A DNA stretch of 59,256 nt from Actinomycetales bacterium mxb001 (GTDB lineage Bacteria; Actinomycetota; Actinomycetes; S36-B12): positions 1 through 59,256 of the forward strand of contig NBNH01000347.1 in NCBI GenBank assembly GCA_004379115.1, written 5' to 3'. The translations under genes and the position numbers were made by a program. The notes under the pieces are model-generated. The model saw only the letters and a list, made by a program, of their open reading frames with translations. It was not told the origin of the DNA and made no database searches. This document shows positions 49,719 to 58,357 of this stretch, piece by piece. Position 1 is the stretch's first letter, and the number at the start of each line of letters is the position of its first letter.

Positions 49719-50516
49719 GTGGCGAAGCGGCAGGTCGCGCGCGCGAGCGATGAGGCGCGCCTGGGCGACATCACACGCCCGGAGGACTTCGCCCTCGACG
49801 GCACCCCGCTCATCTCCTACCTCTGGATGCTCAGCGACCTGCCCGATGGCGACGCGGTGGGCTTCGCCATCTGCCGAGGTCTCCTCGCGCCCTTCGGTGC
49901 TGAACTTGCGCTGGTGTACGCCGTCCGGCCCGATGGCCACACGCTCGACCTCATCGCGTCCTACGGCATGGGCAAGAAGGAGGATGCCGTCTACTCGAGG
50001 GTGACCGCCGAGATGCATCTGCCGGGTGTTGAGACGTTCCGGCTGGGCACCGAGAAGTGGCTGACCAAGGACCAGGTCTCCGACGACTACCCGCTTGCGG
50101 CGCCGTTCTTCCGGGCGTGGAAGTCCAACGGCGATTTCGCGTTCCTGCCGCTGCGTCACCGCGGTGCGCCCATGGGGTTCATGGTCCTTGCCTTCGCCGA
50201 GCCAGTGGAACGCAGCTGGCACCTCAGGGCCACCATTGACGCCGTCCTCAGTGCCACCGTCCTGTGGCTGCTGGCCGCGTCGGCCCTGAAGGGCACCGCC
50301 CGTTCCAACCTCGCGGAGACGGCGCCCCTCGAACTCACGGCCCGCCAGCGCGAGGTGCTCGTGCTCATGCGCGAAGGGCGGAGCAATCGCGACATCGCGG
50401 ATCAGTTGGGCTACTCCGTCGCCACCATCAAGGCCGACATCACGGCCCTGGGTCAGATGCTCGGTGCCAGCGGCCGCGCCGACATCCTCGAACGCGCCCG
50501 ACTCGCCGGGCACTAG
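49719..50516 (+). CDS. LuxR-family transcriptional regulator with N-terminal GAF-like sensory domain
   Basis: C-terminal HTH LTARQREVLVLMREGRSNRDIADQLGYSVATIKADI. GTG at 49719 is preferred (GGAGG 8 nt upstream), with GTG at 49710 as the alternative. Confidence 0.8.
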   Translation: MAKRQVARASDEARLGDITRPEDFALDGTPLISYLWMLSDLPDGDAVGFAICRGLLAPFGAELALVYAVRPDGHTLDLIASYGMGKKEDAVYSRVTAEMHLPGVETFRLGTEKWLTKDQVSDDYPLAAPFFRAWKSNGDFAFLPLRHRGAPMGFMVLAFAEPVERSWHLRATIDAVLSATVLWLLAASALKGTARSNLAETAPLELTARQREVLVLMREGRSNRDIADQLGYSVATIKADITALGQMLGASGRADILERARLAGH

Positions 50517-51391
50517 GCGGGTTCGGCGACCTCGAGGGCGACCGCTCGATTGTCCTGTCGCGATTGCCGCCACGCGTCGGTGGAGAAGACAGCGAGCGCC
50601 AGCCAAATGAGACCGAAGCCGATCCACTCCAGGGTGTTGACCGTGTCGCCGAAGACGGTGATGCCGAGGATGAAGATCACCGTGGGCGTGGAGTACTGCA
50701 GGATCCCCAGCAGGGCGAGTGGCAGGCGGTTGGCGGCAGCGGCGTAGGCCAGCAGCGGGATCGCCGTCACGGGGCCGAGCAACGCCAGCAGGACGCCCAT
50801 GCCCCACCCCTGGCTGATGACGGCGGCGCTTCCGGCTGACTCGACGAACACGAGGACGATGAAGGCGAAGGGCAGGAGTACGGCGGTCTCGACCGTCAGG
50901 CTCGGGATCGCATTGACGCCGGCCATCTTCTTGAGCAGGCCGTAGGAGCCGAAGGAGAACGCCAGGACCAGGCCGAGCCACGGCGCGGCCTTCTCGCCGA
51001 TGCCGATGACGATGACGCCGGCAGCGGCAATGCTGATGGCCATCCACTGCCACGAGCGCAGGCGTTCGCGCAGCACCACGACGCCCAGCGCCACGGTGAC
51101 CAGCGGATTGATGAAGTAACCGAGGGCAGCCTCGACCACCTGGTCGGTCGAGACGGAGTAGACGTAGGTCGTCCAGTTGATCGTGATGGCGACCGCGGCG
51201 CCGATGAGCAGGCCCAGCTGTCGCGGGGTGCGCATGACATCGCGGACGCTGCCGAAGCTGCGGGTGATCGCGAGCAGGAGCACGCAGAAGGCCAGGGACC
51301 ACACGATGCGGTAGGCGACCACCTCGACGGGGGAGACCGAATCGAAGAGCGAGAAGTAGAGGGGGAACAGGCCCCACAGGCCGTACGCCAT
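50513..51391 (-). CDS. rarD: RarD-like EamA/DMT-family transporter (start uncertain)
   Basis: YGLWGLFPLYF motif and about 10 TM segments. The first in-frame ATG (51391) falls inside the conserved first helix. A possible CTG start at 51442 overlaps the korB stop. Confidence 0.7.
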   Translation of the reverse strand: MAYGLWGLFPLYFSLFDSVSPVEVVAYRIVWSLAFCVLLLAITRSFGSVRDVMRTPRQLGLLIGAAVAITINWTTYVYSVSTDQVVEAALGYFINPLVTVALGVVVLRERLRSWQWMAISIAAAGVIVIGIGEKAAPWLGLVLAFSFGSYGLLKKMAGVNAIPSLTVETAVLLPFAFIVLVFVESAGSAAVISQGWGMGVLLALLGPVTAIPLLAYAAAANRLPLALLGILQYSTPTVIFILGITVFGDTVNTLEWIGFGLIWLALAVFSTDAWRQSRQDNRAVALEVAEPA

Positions 51392-51438
51392 GACGGCGTA
51401 GAGGAAGCCCGCGGTGAGATCGGAGCGCGGCTGCTGGT

Positions 51439-52497
51439 TCAGGAGACGGTCCAGGTGTCCTTGCCCCGCAGCAATGACTGCAGGTCGCCCTCGCCCTGGG
51501 CTTGGACGGACGCGACCTGTTCGCGCACGAGGCGGTCGTAGGCCGGTCGCTGCACGTCGCGGAAGACGCCGACCGCGGTGTTTTCGAGCGAGTGGATGTC
51601 GGCCAGCCGCGACAGCGCGAAGGCGAGGCCCGGGTCGTCGGCGTGGGAGTCGAACACGATGATCTCCGCCGGGTCGACCTCGGAGGTATCTGCCACGACG
51701 ATGTGTCCCGCCTCGCCGCGCACGACGGCCTTCGATCCGTCCTTGCCGAACACGACAGGCTGGCCGTCGGCGAGTCGGATCATCCGGTCGTCGCTGGTCT
51801 CGGAGTCCTTGAGCGGCTCCCACGCGCCGTCGTTGAAGATGTTGCAGTTCTGCATGATCTCGACCAGCGCGGTGCCTTCGTGGGCGGCCGCGCGGCGCAG
51901 GACCTCGGTGAGGTGCTTGCGGTCGGAGTCCATGGTGCGCGCGACGAACGACGCCTCGGCGCCGAGGGCGAGGGACACGGGATTGAACGAGTGGTCGAGT
52001 GAGCCGAGTGGCGTGGACTTGGTGATCTTGCCGGTCTCGGAGGTGGGGGAGTACTGGCCCTTGGTCAGGCCGTAGATGCGGTTGTTGAAGAGCAGGATCT
52101 TGAGGTTGACGTTGCGTCGCAGCGCGTGGATCAGGTGGTTGCCGCCGATGGAGAGCGCATCACCGTCGCCCGTGACGACCCACACCGACAGGTCGGGGCG
52201 CGTGAGCGCGAGGCCCGTGGCGATCGCCGGCGCGCGACCATGGATCGAATGCATGCCGTAGGTGTTCATGTAGTACGGGAAGCGCGACGAACAACCGATG
52301 CCCGAAACGAAGACGATGTTCTCCTTGCGCAGGCCGAGTTCGGGTAGGAAGCCCTGTACCGCAGCGAGGATCGCGTAGTCACCGCACCCGGGGCACCAGC
52401 GCACCTCCTGGTCGGTCTTGAAGTCCTTGGCGCTTTGCTTCTCGTCGGTGCGTGGCACGAGCGCGAGGCCGGGCATGGGCAGGTCGGTGGCGGTCAC
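51439..52497 (-). CDS. korB: 2-oxoglutarate:ferredoxin oxidoreductase subunit beta
   Basis: WCPGCGDYAIL, GIGCSSRFPYY, and TPP-binding GDGDALSIGGNH. Confidence 0.9.
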   Translation of the reverse strand: MTATDLPMPGLALVPRTDEKQSAKDFKTDQEVRWCPGCGDYAILAAVQGFLPELGLRKENIVFVSGIGCSSRFPYYMNTYGMHSIHGRAPAIATGLALTRPDLSVWVVTGDGDALSIGGNHLIHALRRNVNLKILLFNNRIYGLTKGQYSPTSETGKITKSTPLGSLDHSFNPVSLALGAEASFVARTMDSDRKHLTEVLRRAAAHEGTALVEIMQNCNIFNDGAWEPLKDSETSDDRMIRLADGQPVVFGKDGSKAVVRGEAGHIVVADTSEVDPAEIIVFDSHADDPGLAFALSRLADIHSLENTAVGVFRDVQRPAYDRLVREQVASVQAQGEGDLQSLLRGKDTWTVS

Positions 52498-52504
52498 GGG
52501 ATCC

Positions 52505-54361
52505 TCACAGGCTCTCGATGACGTCGGTGATGGTGGAGGCGAGTTCTTCGGAGGTGAAGGGCATGCCTCGCACCTGGTTGTAGCTGATGGCGTCCACGAG
52601 GAAGCGGCCGCGGATCAGCAGGGCGAGTTGCCCGAGATTCATTTCGGGGATGATCACCCTGTCGTACGCGCGGAGCACCTCAGCGGTGTTGGCCGGGAAC
52701 GGGTTGAGGTGCCGCAGGTGAGCCTGCGCGACGTTGCCGCCCTCGGCGCGCACGGCGCGGCAGGCGGCACCGATCGGCCCGTAGGTCGAGCCCCAGCCGA
52801 GCACCAGCACGCGTGCCTCGCCGGAGGGATCGTCGACCTCGAGCGGCCCGATGCTGCGAGCGATCGCCTCGACCTTGGCCTGACGCAGCCGCACCATGTG
52901 GTCGTGGTTGTCGGGGTCGTAGGAGATGTTGCCGCTGCCGTCGGCCTTTTCGAGCCCGCCGATGCGGTGTTCGAGGCCGGGGGTGCCGGGCACCGCCCAG
53001 GGGCGCGCGAGGGTTTCGGAATCGCGTAGATAGGGCCAGAACTCACCGTCGTGGTTGGGCTCGGTGGCAAACCCCGGGTCGATCGCGGGAAGCGACGCCG
53101 CATCGGGCACGGCCCAGGGCTCGGAGCCGTTGGCGAGGTAGCCATCGGAGAGCAGCAGCACCGGGGTGCGGTAGGTGATGGCGATGCGGGCGGCCTCGAA
53201 GGCGGCGTCGAAGCAGTCGCCGGGGGAGCGCGGAGCGACGATCGGCACGGGAGCTTCGCCGTTGCGGCCGAACATCGCCTGGAGCAGGTCGGCCTGCTCG
53301 GTCTTGGTGGGCAGGCCGGTGGAGGGTCCGCCACGCTGCACATCGACGACGATGAGCGGCAACTCGAGTGACACGGCGAGCCCGATGGTCTCGGACTTCA
53401 GAGCGATGCCCGGACCCGACGTCGTCGTGACGCCGAGCGCACCGCCGTAGGCGGCGCCCAGTGCGGCACCGATGCCGGCGATCTCGTCTTCGGCCTGGAA
53501 GGTGACGACGCCGAAGTTCTTGTGCTTGCTCAGCTCGTGCAGGATGTCGGACGCTGGCGTGATCGGGTAGGACCCGAGGAAGAGCGGCAGACCGGACTGC
53601 TGCGAGGCAGCGATGAGTCCGTAGGCGAGCGCCGGGTTGCCGGTGATGTTGCGGTAGAGGCCGGCGCGCATCGGCGCGGGCTTGACCTCGTAGCGAACCG
53701 CGAACGACTCGGTGGTCTCGCCGAAGGACCAGCCGGCCTCGAAGGCGGCGATATTGGCGGCGAGGATCTCGGGCTTCTTGGCGAACTTGGCCTTGAGGAA
53801 GTCGATGGTGCCCTGGGTGGGTCGGCTGTAGAGCCAGCACAGCAGCCCCAGGGCAAACATGTTCTTGGCCCGCTCAGCGTCCTTCTTGGTGATGTCGAAG
53901 CCCGACAGCGCCTCGACGGTCATGGAGGTGAGGCCGATGGCCTGCACGTCGTACGAGTCGAGCGTGCCGTCTTCCAGCGGGTTGCTCGCGTAGTCGACCT
54001 TCTCGAGGTTGCGCTTCGTGAACTCGTCGGTGTTGACGATCAGCGTGCAGCCGGCGCGCAGGTCCTTGAGGTTGGCCTTGAGTGCGGCGGGGTTCATCGC
54101 GACGAGGACGTCGGGCCGATCGCCGGGCGTCATGATGTCGTGATCGGCGAAGTGCAACTGGAACGCGGAGACGCCGGGCAGGGTGCCGGCGGGAGCGCGG
54201 ATCTCGGCGGGGAAGTCCGGCAGGGTCGACAGGTCGTTACCGAGTCCGGCGGTCTCGGAGGTGAAGCGGTCGCCGGTCAACTGCATGCCGTCGCCGGAAT
54301 CACCGGCGAAACGGATCACGACGTGCCCCAGCGGGACGACGGCCTTGGCGTCAGTCGACAT
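52505..54361 (-). CDS. korA: 2-oxoglutarate:ferredoxin oxidoreductase subunit alpha
   Basis: 618 aa with fused gamma/alpha domains ([15 protein letters not shown] ... [15 protein letters not shown]). GAGGA 5 nt upstream of the ATG. Confidence 0.9.
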   Translation of the reverse strand: MSTDAKAVVPLGHVVIRFAGDSGDGMQLTGDRFTSETAGLGNDLSTLPDFPAEIRAPAGTLPGVSAFQLHFADHDIMTPGDRPDVLVAMNPAALKANLKDLRAGCTLIVNTDEFTKRNLEKVDYASNPLEDGTLDSYDVQAIGLTSMTVEALSGFDITKKDAERAKNMFALGLLCWLYSRPTQGTIDFLKAKFAKKPEILAANIAAFEAGWSFGETTESFAVRYEVKPAPMRAGLYRNITGNPALAYGLIAASQQSGLPLFLGSYPITPASDILHELSKHKNFGVVTFQAEDEIAGIGAALGAAYGGALGVTTTSGPGIALKSETIGLAVSLELPLIVVDVQRGGPSTGLPTKTEQADLLQAMFGRNGEAPVPIVAPRSPGDCFDAAFEAARIAITYRTPVLLLSDGYLANGSEPWAVPDAASLPAIDPGFATEPNHDGEFWPYLRDSETLARPWAVPGTPGLEHRIGGLEKADGSGNISYDPDNHDHMVRLRQAKVEAIARSIGPLEVDDPSGEARVLVLGWGSTYGPIGAACRAVRAEGGNVAQAHLRHLNPFPANTAEVLRAYDRVIIPEMNLGQLALLIRGRFLVDAISYNQVRGMPFTSEELASTITDVIESL

Positions 54362-54406
54362 TCACGTCCTCGTTCGGCGGCGTAGGGGCTGGACTCATTC
54401 TCTACC

Positions 54407-54422
54407 CCGAGGGGCCCCTCGG
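54407..54422. promoter_or_regulatory. Perfect 16-bp palindrome CCGAGGGGCCCCTCGG in the korA / nuoB-like divergent intergenic region
   Basis: Read directly from the sequence. It lies between korA (ATG at 54361) and the nuoB-like start (54483). Confidence 0.3.
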
Positions 54423-54470
54423 CCCGTTTCGGGTGCCGGGACGCGGGACGGGGCAGCCCTGAGATCGGAC

Positions 54471-54476
54471 TACCCT
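54471..54476 (+). promoter_or_regulatory. -10-like hexamer TACCCT, 6 nt upstream of the ATG at 54483
   Basis: Plus strand reads TACCCT-gcccag-ATG. Confidence 0.45.
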
Positions 54477-54482
54477 GCCCAG

Positions 54483-54881
54483 ATGAGCGTGTACGCCGTC
54501 GCCGACGCCCCCGGCATCCGCGTGCACGTGGCCGACCTCGGCATGGCCTGCTGCGCGGTGGAGTTCGCGGCCGCCCTCGGGCGGGGGCTGTTGGTGGAGG
54601 CGCCCGACGACGGCGAGCCCTCGGCCCGAGTCCTCGTCGTCTCAGGCACGGTGACCGATGTTCTCGCTCCGTCCGTGCTGGCGGCCTGGGAGGCGCTGCC
54701 CGCGCCCAAGGCGGCCATGTCGTTCGGGGCGTGCAGCAACACGGGCGGTCCCTACTGGGACTCCTACTCGGTGACCAAGGGTGTCGACCAGGTCATCCCG
54801 GTGCACTCCTATGTGCCCGGTTGCCCGCCGCGGCCCGAGGCCCTCATCGATGCCATCGTCGAGTTGGCGGCGTCGGCGTGA
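54483..54881 (+). CDS. NuoB-family (complex I 20-kDa / hydrogenase small-subunit-like) protein, short paralogue
   Basis: 132 aa. MACCAV (C23, C24), GACSNTGG (C84) and [14 protein letters not shown] (C114) align with the canonical NuoB in this window. Confidence 0.8.
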   Translation: MSVYAVADAPGIRVHVADLGMACCAVEFAAALGRGLLVEAPDDGEPSARVLVVSGTVTDVLAPSVLAAWEALPAPKAAMSFGACSNTGGPYWDSYSVTKGVDQVIPVHSYVPGCPPRPEALIDAIVELAASA

Positions 54882-55390
54882 ACATCGACGCGGGTGCGTG
54901 GTCGTCGACTGTTGCCGACCGGGTGGCGGATGGCTTCGTCTATCTCGACTTGCTGACGGCGGTGGACCGTCCGGGCGACGGATCCATCGAGATCGTGCTC
55001 GTGCTGCTACGGCTCGATGATGCTGCCGCGTGCACTCTGACGACGTCGATCGGCCGTGCCGAGCCGCGGCTGGCGTCCCTGGTGACGCTGTTTCCTGCCG
55101 CCTCGTGGCATGAGCGGGAGATCCGCGAGATGTTCGGCGTTGAGTTCGCCGGCAACCCCGATTCGCGTCCCCTACTGCTGTCGCCCGGGCTTGGCGTTCA
55201 CCCGCTTCGCAAGGACACCGTGCTGGTCACGCGAGCCGTGACCGTGTGGCCGGGCGCGCCCGACAGGAGCGGCTCTGCCGCTCCGCCGGGCGCCCAGGAT
55301 GATGAGCCCACCTCATCGGGGCGGCGTTCGCGCCGTGCCAGCCTGCCCCCGGGAGTGCCCGCCGACTGGTTGCGCGAGGAGGGGTCGTGA
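54878..55390 (+). CDS. NuoC-family (30-kDa subunit-like) protein, short paralogue with Pro/Arg/Ser-rich tail
   Basis: 170 aa. [19 protein letters not shown] matches the canonical [22 protein letters not shown] overlap with the upstream gene. Confidence 0.75.
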   Translation: MNIDAGAWSSTVADRVADGFVYLDLLTAVDRPGDGSIEIVLVLLRLDDAAACTLTTSIGRAEPRLASLVTLFPAASWHEREIREMFGVEFAGNPDSRPLLLSPGLGVHPLRKDTVLVTRAVTVWPGAPDRSGSAAPPGAQDDEPTSSGRRSRRASLPPGVPADWLREEGS

Positions 55391-55734
55391 CGCAGGTGCC
55401 GGAGCAGGCCCGCGGCGTCATCGCCCTTGATCCCGTGGCGTGTACGTCGTGCATGATCTGCGTGCGCGAGTGCCCGGACTGGTGCATCGAGATCGACAGC
55501 CACACCGAGGAGGTCACCGAGCCGGGTGCGCGTCGGCCGCGGTTCGTCGCGGTACTCGACCGCTTCGCCATCGACTGGGGCCTGTGCATGTACTGCGGCA
55601 TCTGCGTCGAGGTGTGCCCATTCGACGCGCTGTTTTGGTCACCGGAGCATGACTACCCGGCAAGTGAACCCGGTGGCCTCGTGCAGGAGACCCAGCGCCT
55701 GGCCGACTGGCTGCCGAGCGTGCCTCAGCGGTAG
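55387..55734 (+). CDS. NuoI-like 2x[4Fe-4S] ferredoxin-type protein
   Basis: 115 aa. [12 protein letters not shown] and [16 protein letters not shown] overlap with the upstream gene. Confidence 0.8.
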   Translation: MTQVPEQARGVIALDPVACTSCMICVRECPDWCIEIDSHTEEVTEPGARRPRFVAVLDRFAIDWGLCMYCGICVEVCPFDALFWSPEHDYPASEPGGLVQETQRLADWLPSVPQR

Positions 55735-56216
55735 TTGACGAACTGGACCGGGAAGTCCAGGTCGGCGTCCTTCACCAACTGGATGACCTCCTGGAGGTCG
55801 TCACGGCTCGAGCTCGACACGCGTAGTTCCTCGCCCTGCACCTGCGTCTTGACCTTCTTGGGGCCCTCGTCGCGGATGAGCTTGGCGAGCTTCTTGGCCT
55901 GCTCCTGGTTGATGCCTTCCTTGAGCTGGCAGGTGATCTTGTGCAGGCGACCGGAGGCGCGGGCATCGCCGGCGTTGAGGATCTTCAGGCTGATGCCGCG
56001 CTTGACGAGCTTCTCCTTGAGCACCTCGAGGGCCGCCTTGACGCGGTCCTCGGTCTCGGCTTCGAGCTCGATGGTCATGTCACCTTTGAACTCGACCTTG
56101 GCGCCGGTGCCCTTGAAGTCGAAGCGCTGGGCAAGCTCCTTGGACGCCTGGTTGACGGCGTTGTCGACCTCGGCGCGGTCGAGCTTGGAGACGATGTCGA
56201 AACTGTTGTCGGCCAT
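55725..56216 (-). CDS. YajQ-family (UPF0234) nucleotide/cyclic-di-GMP-binding protein
   Basis: [37 protein letters not shown], 163 aa. Track ORF extends to 56306. Confidence 0.9.
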   Translation of the reverse strand: MADNSFDIVSKLDRAEVDNAVNQASKELAQRFDFKGTGAKVEFKGDMTIELEAETEDRVKAALEVLKEKLVKRGISLKILNAGDARASGRLHKITCQLKEGINQEQAKKLAKLIRDEGPKKVKTQVQGEELRVSSSSRDDLQEVIQLVKDADLDFPVQFVNYR

Positions 56217-56241
56217 GGGCGACATTGTGGACCATGGGGCC

Positions 56242-56865
56242 ATGCCGCCGCCCCGGGCCTTCCTGTTCGACCTCGATCGCACGCTCGTCGACCTGCAGTC
56301 CTTCACCGACTATGCGGCTGCTCTGCGCGATCTGACCGCCCTGGTGGGTGACCAACCTGGTGCGACGGTGCCGGATGCCGACTGGGATGCCCCGACTGTG
56401 TCGACGATGGCCATCCTGGTGGCGCTGTCGGATGACCCCCGCTGGCACGAGGCCTCAGCGGCGGTGTCCGTGCACGAGCGAGCCGCAATTCCGCAGTCGC
56501 AGCCCATGCCTGGGCTTGGCGACGCTGTCGAAGCGTGCGCGGGGCGCCCGTACGCCGTCGTCACGCTGCTGCCGTCGGATGTGGCGCGCGACGTGCTCGA
56601 TGCCCACGGTTTCCCGGTCGACGTCATCATCGGTCGCGACCCGCGCATCCGTGCCAAGCCGTTCGGTGATGGGCTGGTTGAGGCCGCTGAACGTCTCGGC
56701 GTGCCCGTCACGGAGTGCGTCATGATCGGCGATTCGTCGTGGGATCACGCGGCCGCGGTCGACGCCGGAGCGGGCTTCATCGGCGTTCCCGTGAGCGCAA
56801 CGGCCTTCCCTTCGGACGTGCCGGTGGCGCGCCATCTGGTCGAGGCCATCGAGCGAGCCCCGTAG
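56242..56865 (+). CDS. HAD-superfamily hydrolase
   Basis: [11 protein letters not shown] (DxDxT) and [20 protein letters not shown]. In-frame alternative starts at 56215 and 56227. Confidence 0.75.
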   Translation: MPPPRAFLFDLDRTLVDLQSFTDYAAALRDLTALVGDQPGATVPDADWDAPTVSTMAILVALSDDPRWHEASAAVSVHERAAIPQSQPMPGLGDAVEACAGRPYAVVTLLPSDVARDVLDAHGFPVDVIIGRDPRIRAKPFGDGLVEAAERLGVPVTECVMIGDSSWDHAAAVDAGAGFIGVPVSATAFPSDVPVARHLVEAIERAP

Positions 56866-56903
56866 GTCGCTGCATGCCGGCCCTGGCTAGGCTAGGCGCC
56901 CCT

Positions 56904-56984
56904 GGCAGGTTGCCCGAGCGGCCAATGGGAGCGGACTGTAAATCCGTCGCGAAAGCTACAGAGGTTCGAATCCTCTACCTGCCA
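56904..56984 (+). tRNA. tRNA-Tyr (anticodon GTA), class II with long variable arm, CCA not encoded
   Basis: Acceptor GGCAGGT/ACCTGCC+A, anticodon loop CTGTAAA flanked by GCGGA/TCCGT, T-arm AGAGG-TTCGAAT-CCTCT. Confidence 0.85.
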
Positions 56985-56990
56985 CGCGTG

Positions 56991-57016
56991 GGCCCCCGGC
57001 ATTCGTGCCGGGGGCC
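56991..57016. terminator. Bidirectional stem-loop terminator (11-bp perfect GC-rich stem, TTCG loop)
   Basis: GGCCCCCGGCA-TTCG-TGCCGGGGGCC followed by TTTCTCGTC. It sits between the tRNA-Tyr 3-prime end and the stop of the convergent gene at 57024. Confidence 0.7.
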
Positions 57017-57023
57017 TTTCTCG

Positions 57024-58151
57024 TCAAGGAGCGAAGATGAGGGGGACTTGCTGCGCGACGTAGGGCGCGGCCGACCGCTCGTACCAGGCATCCCGGGTGA
57101 TGCCATAGACCTCAGAGAAACTGGCACCCGAGTCTCCGGAGACACGGGTGGCTCGCAACCACTGAAGGAAGCGCTCTTCGCCGAATTCCTCGATGAGTCT
57201 CTCGGTGACGAGGTAGCCCAACGAGTAGCCGAGACCGCTCTGGGAGCAGAATCCCGTGTTGCGATCCTCCGAGCGACGGATGACGTCGAGCCAGTACTCG
57301 GGAGAAGAAGCACTCGTTCCCGCCGCCATGTCGATGAGTGGCACGAGGAAGGCTGTTCGAGAGAAGCGAGCCTCCCGAGCGTTCTTTGGGTTGCTGAGAT
57401 CTCCGTGCCCCAGCGCCACCGAATACACCTGGGCCATGCCTTCCCCAAGCCAGCATTCCATCCGGGACATACCGCTCACCCCGAGAAGGCTCACTTGCGC
57501 TACGTGCACGAGCTCGTGAGCGTAGAGGCCCGCTTCGAGTGTGGGATCGCTGGCCGGGAGCCGACTTCCGAGCATGATGCCCATGTAGCTCCATGACGCG
57601 CCGGTGCCCCAGCAGACAGCCCCACCCGTCCCTGTCGGATTCGGAGACATCCTGTTCCACCAGTGAATGGCGCACCCGTCATTGGGAAATTGCCGGGACG
57701 TCTCCAAGTACCAGTCCTTCGACCGCTCATCCAAGATGAACACGGGGAAGCCGTCCGGAATCGGAGCGATGGCCAACCACGGTTCGTAGGCACGACGGAC
57801 AGAGGCGGCAATCTCGTCCGCCTTGGCTGGAGGAACGGTCGGGCTGATCATGAAGGAAAACGTGTTGGCGAGGCTGGGCTTGGGGCGCTTGGCTGCGGAT
57901 GCTTGCAGACCCTGGGCGACGGCCAACCAGGACGGCGTGGGTGCGGGTGTGCGTTGCCGGACCCAAACCCGCTTGCCCTTCTTGAGCGTGCAGGTGAAGG
58001 TCCAGGGTCCTTGGACGACCTTCTCGCCCACGGTGGCGCAGGGCCGACCCGGCTTGATCGTGGTGGCCTCGGCCGGACTCAACGTCATCATGGCCGCGAT
58101 ACCGACGACCGCGAGCACCACCGCCGCAACGCGCCTTGCCACCCCGACCAC
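57024..58151 (-). CDS. Secreted peptidase-MA-like putative zinc metalloprotease
   Basis: Signal/TM segment VAAVVLAVVGIAAMMTLSPAEA. HELVH followed by WLGEGMAQVY (HExxH...E pattern). Visibly lower GC and more A/T-ending codons than the neighbours. Confidence 0.6.
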   Translation of the reverse strand: MVGVARRVAAVVLAVVGIAAMMTLSPAEATTIKPGRPCATVGEKVVQGPWTFTCTLKKGKRVWVRQRTPAPTPSWLAVAQGLQASAAKRPKPSLANTFSFMISPTVPPAKADEIAASVRRAYEPWLAIAPIPDGFPVFILDERSKDWYLETSRQFPNDGCAIHWWNRMSPNPTGTGGAVCWGTGASWSYMGIMLGSRLPASDPTLEAGLYAHELVHVAQVSLLGVSGMSRMECWLGEGMAQVYSVALGHGDLSNPKNAREARFSRTAFLVPLIDMAAGTSASSPEYWLDVIRRSEDRNTGFCSQSGLGYSLGYLVTERLIEEFGEERFLQWLRATRVSGDSGASFSEVYGITRDAWYERSAAPYVAQQVPLIFAP

Positions 58152-58157
58152 GCCGCG

Positions 58158-58163
58158 ACCCTA
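58158..58163 (-). promoter_or_regulatory. -10-like hexamer TAGGGT, 6 nt upstream of the GTG at 58151
   Basis: Minus strand reads TAGGGT-cgcggc-GTG. Confidence 0.4.
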
Positions 58164-58357
58164 CGGTTTGCAGGCGCGGGAGGCGAGTTGGTGTCTGTCG
58201 CCTGACCGCGGATTGAGGCACCGATCTTTAAGGAGATCTTCAGCGGCGTGGTTGTCTCGGTTGCCTGCGGGAGGTGGCCGAGTGGAGGACACTGAGCCCG
58301 TCAACCGCCGGCGACGCCCCCCGACGTGCGGCCCGGTCAGCGTCTCCCTCGAACTCA

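Noticed and set aside
49653-51377. 574-aa ORF on the minus strand spanning the LuxR gene and the rarD region in another frame
   Set aside because: It overlaps two genes with clear family motifs. The translation is dominated by Arg/Pro/Gly/His runs.
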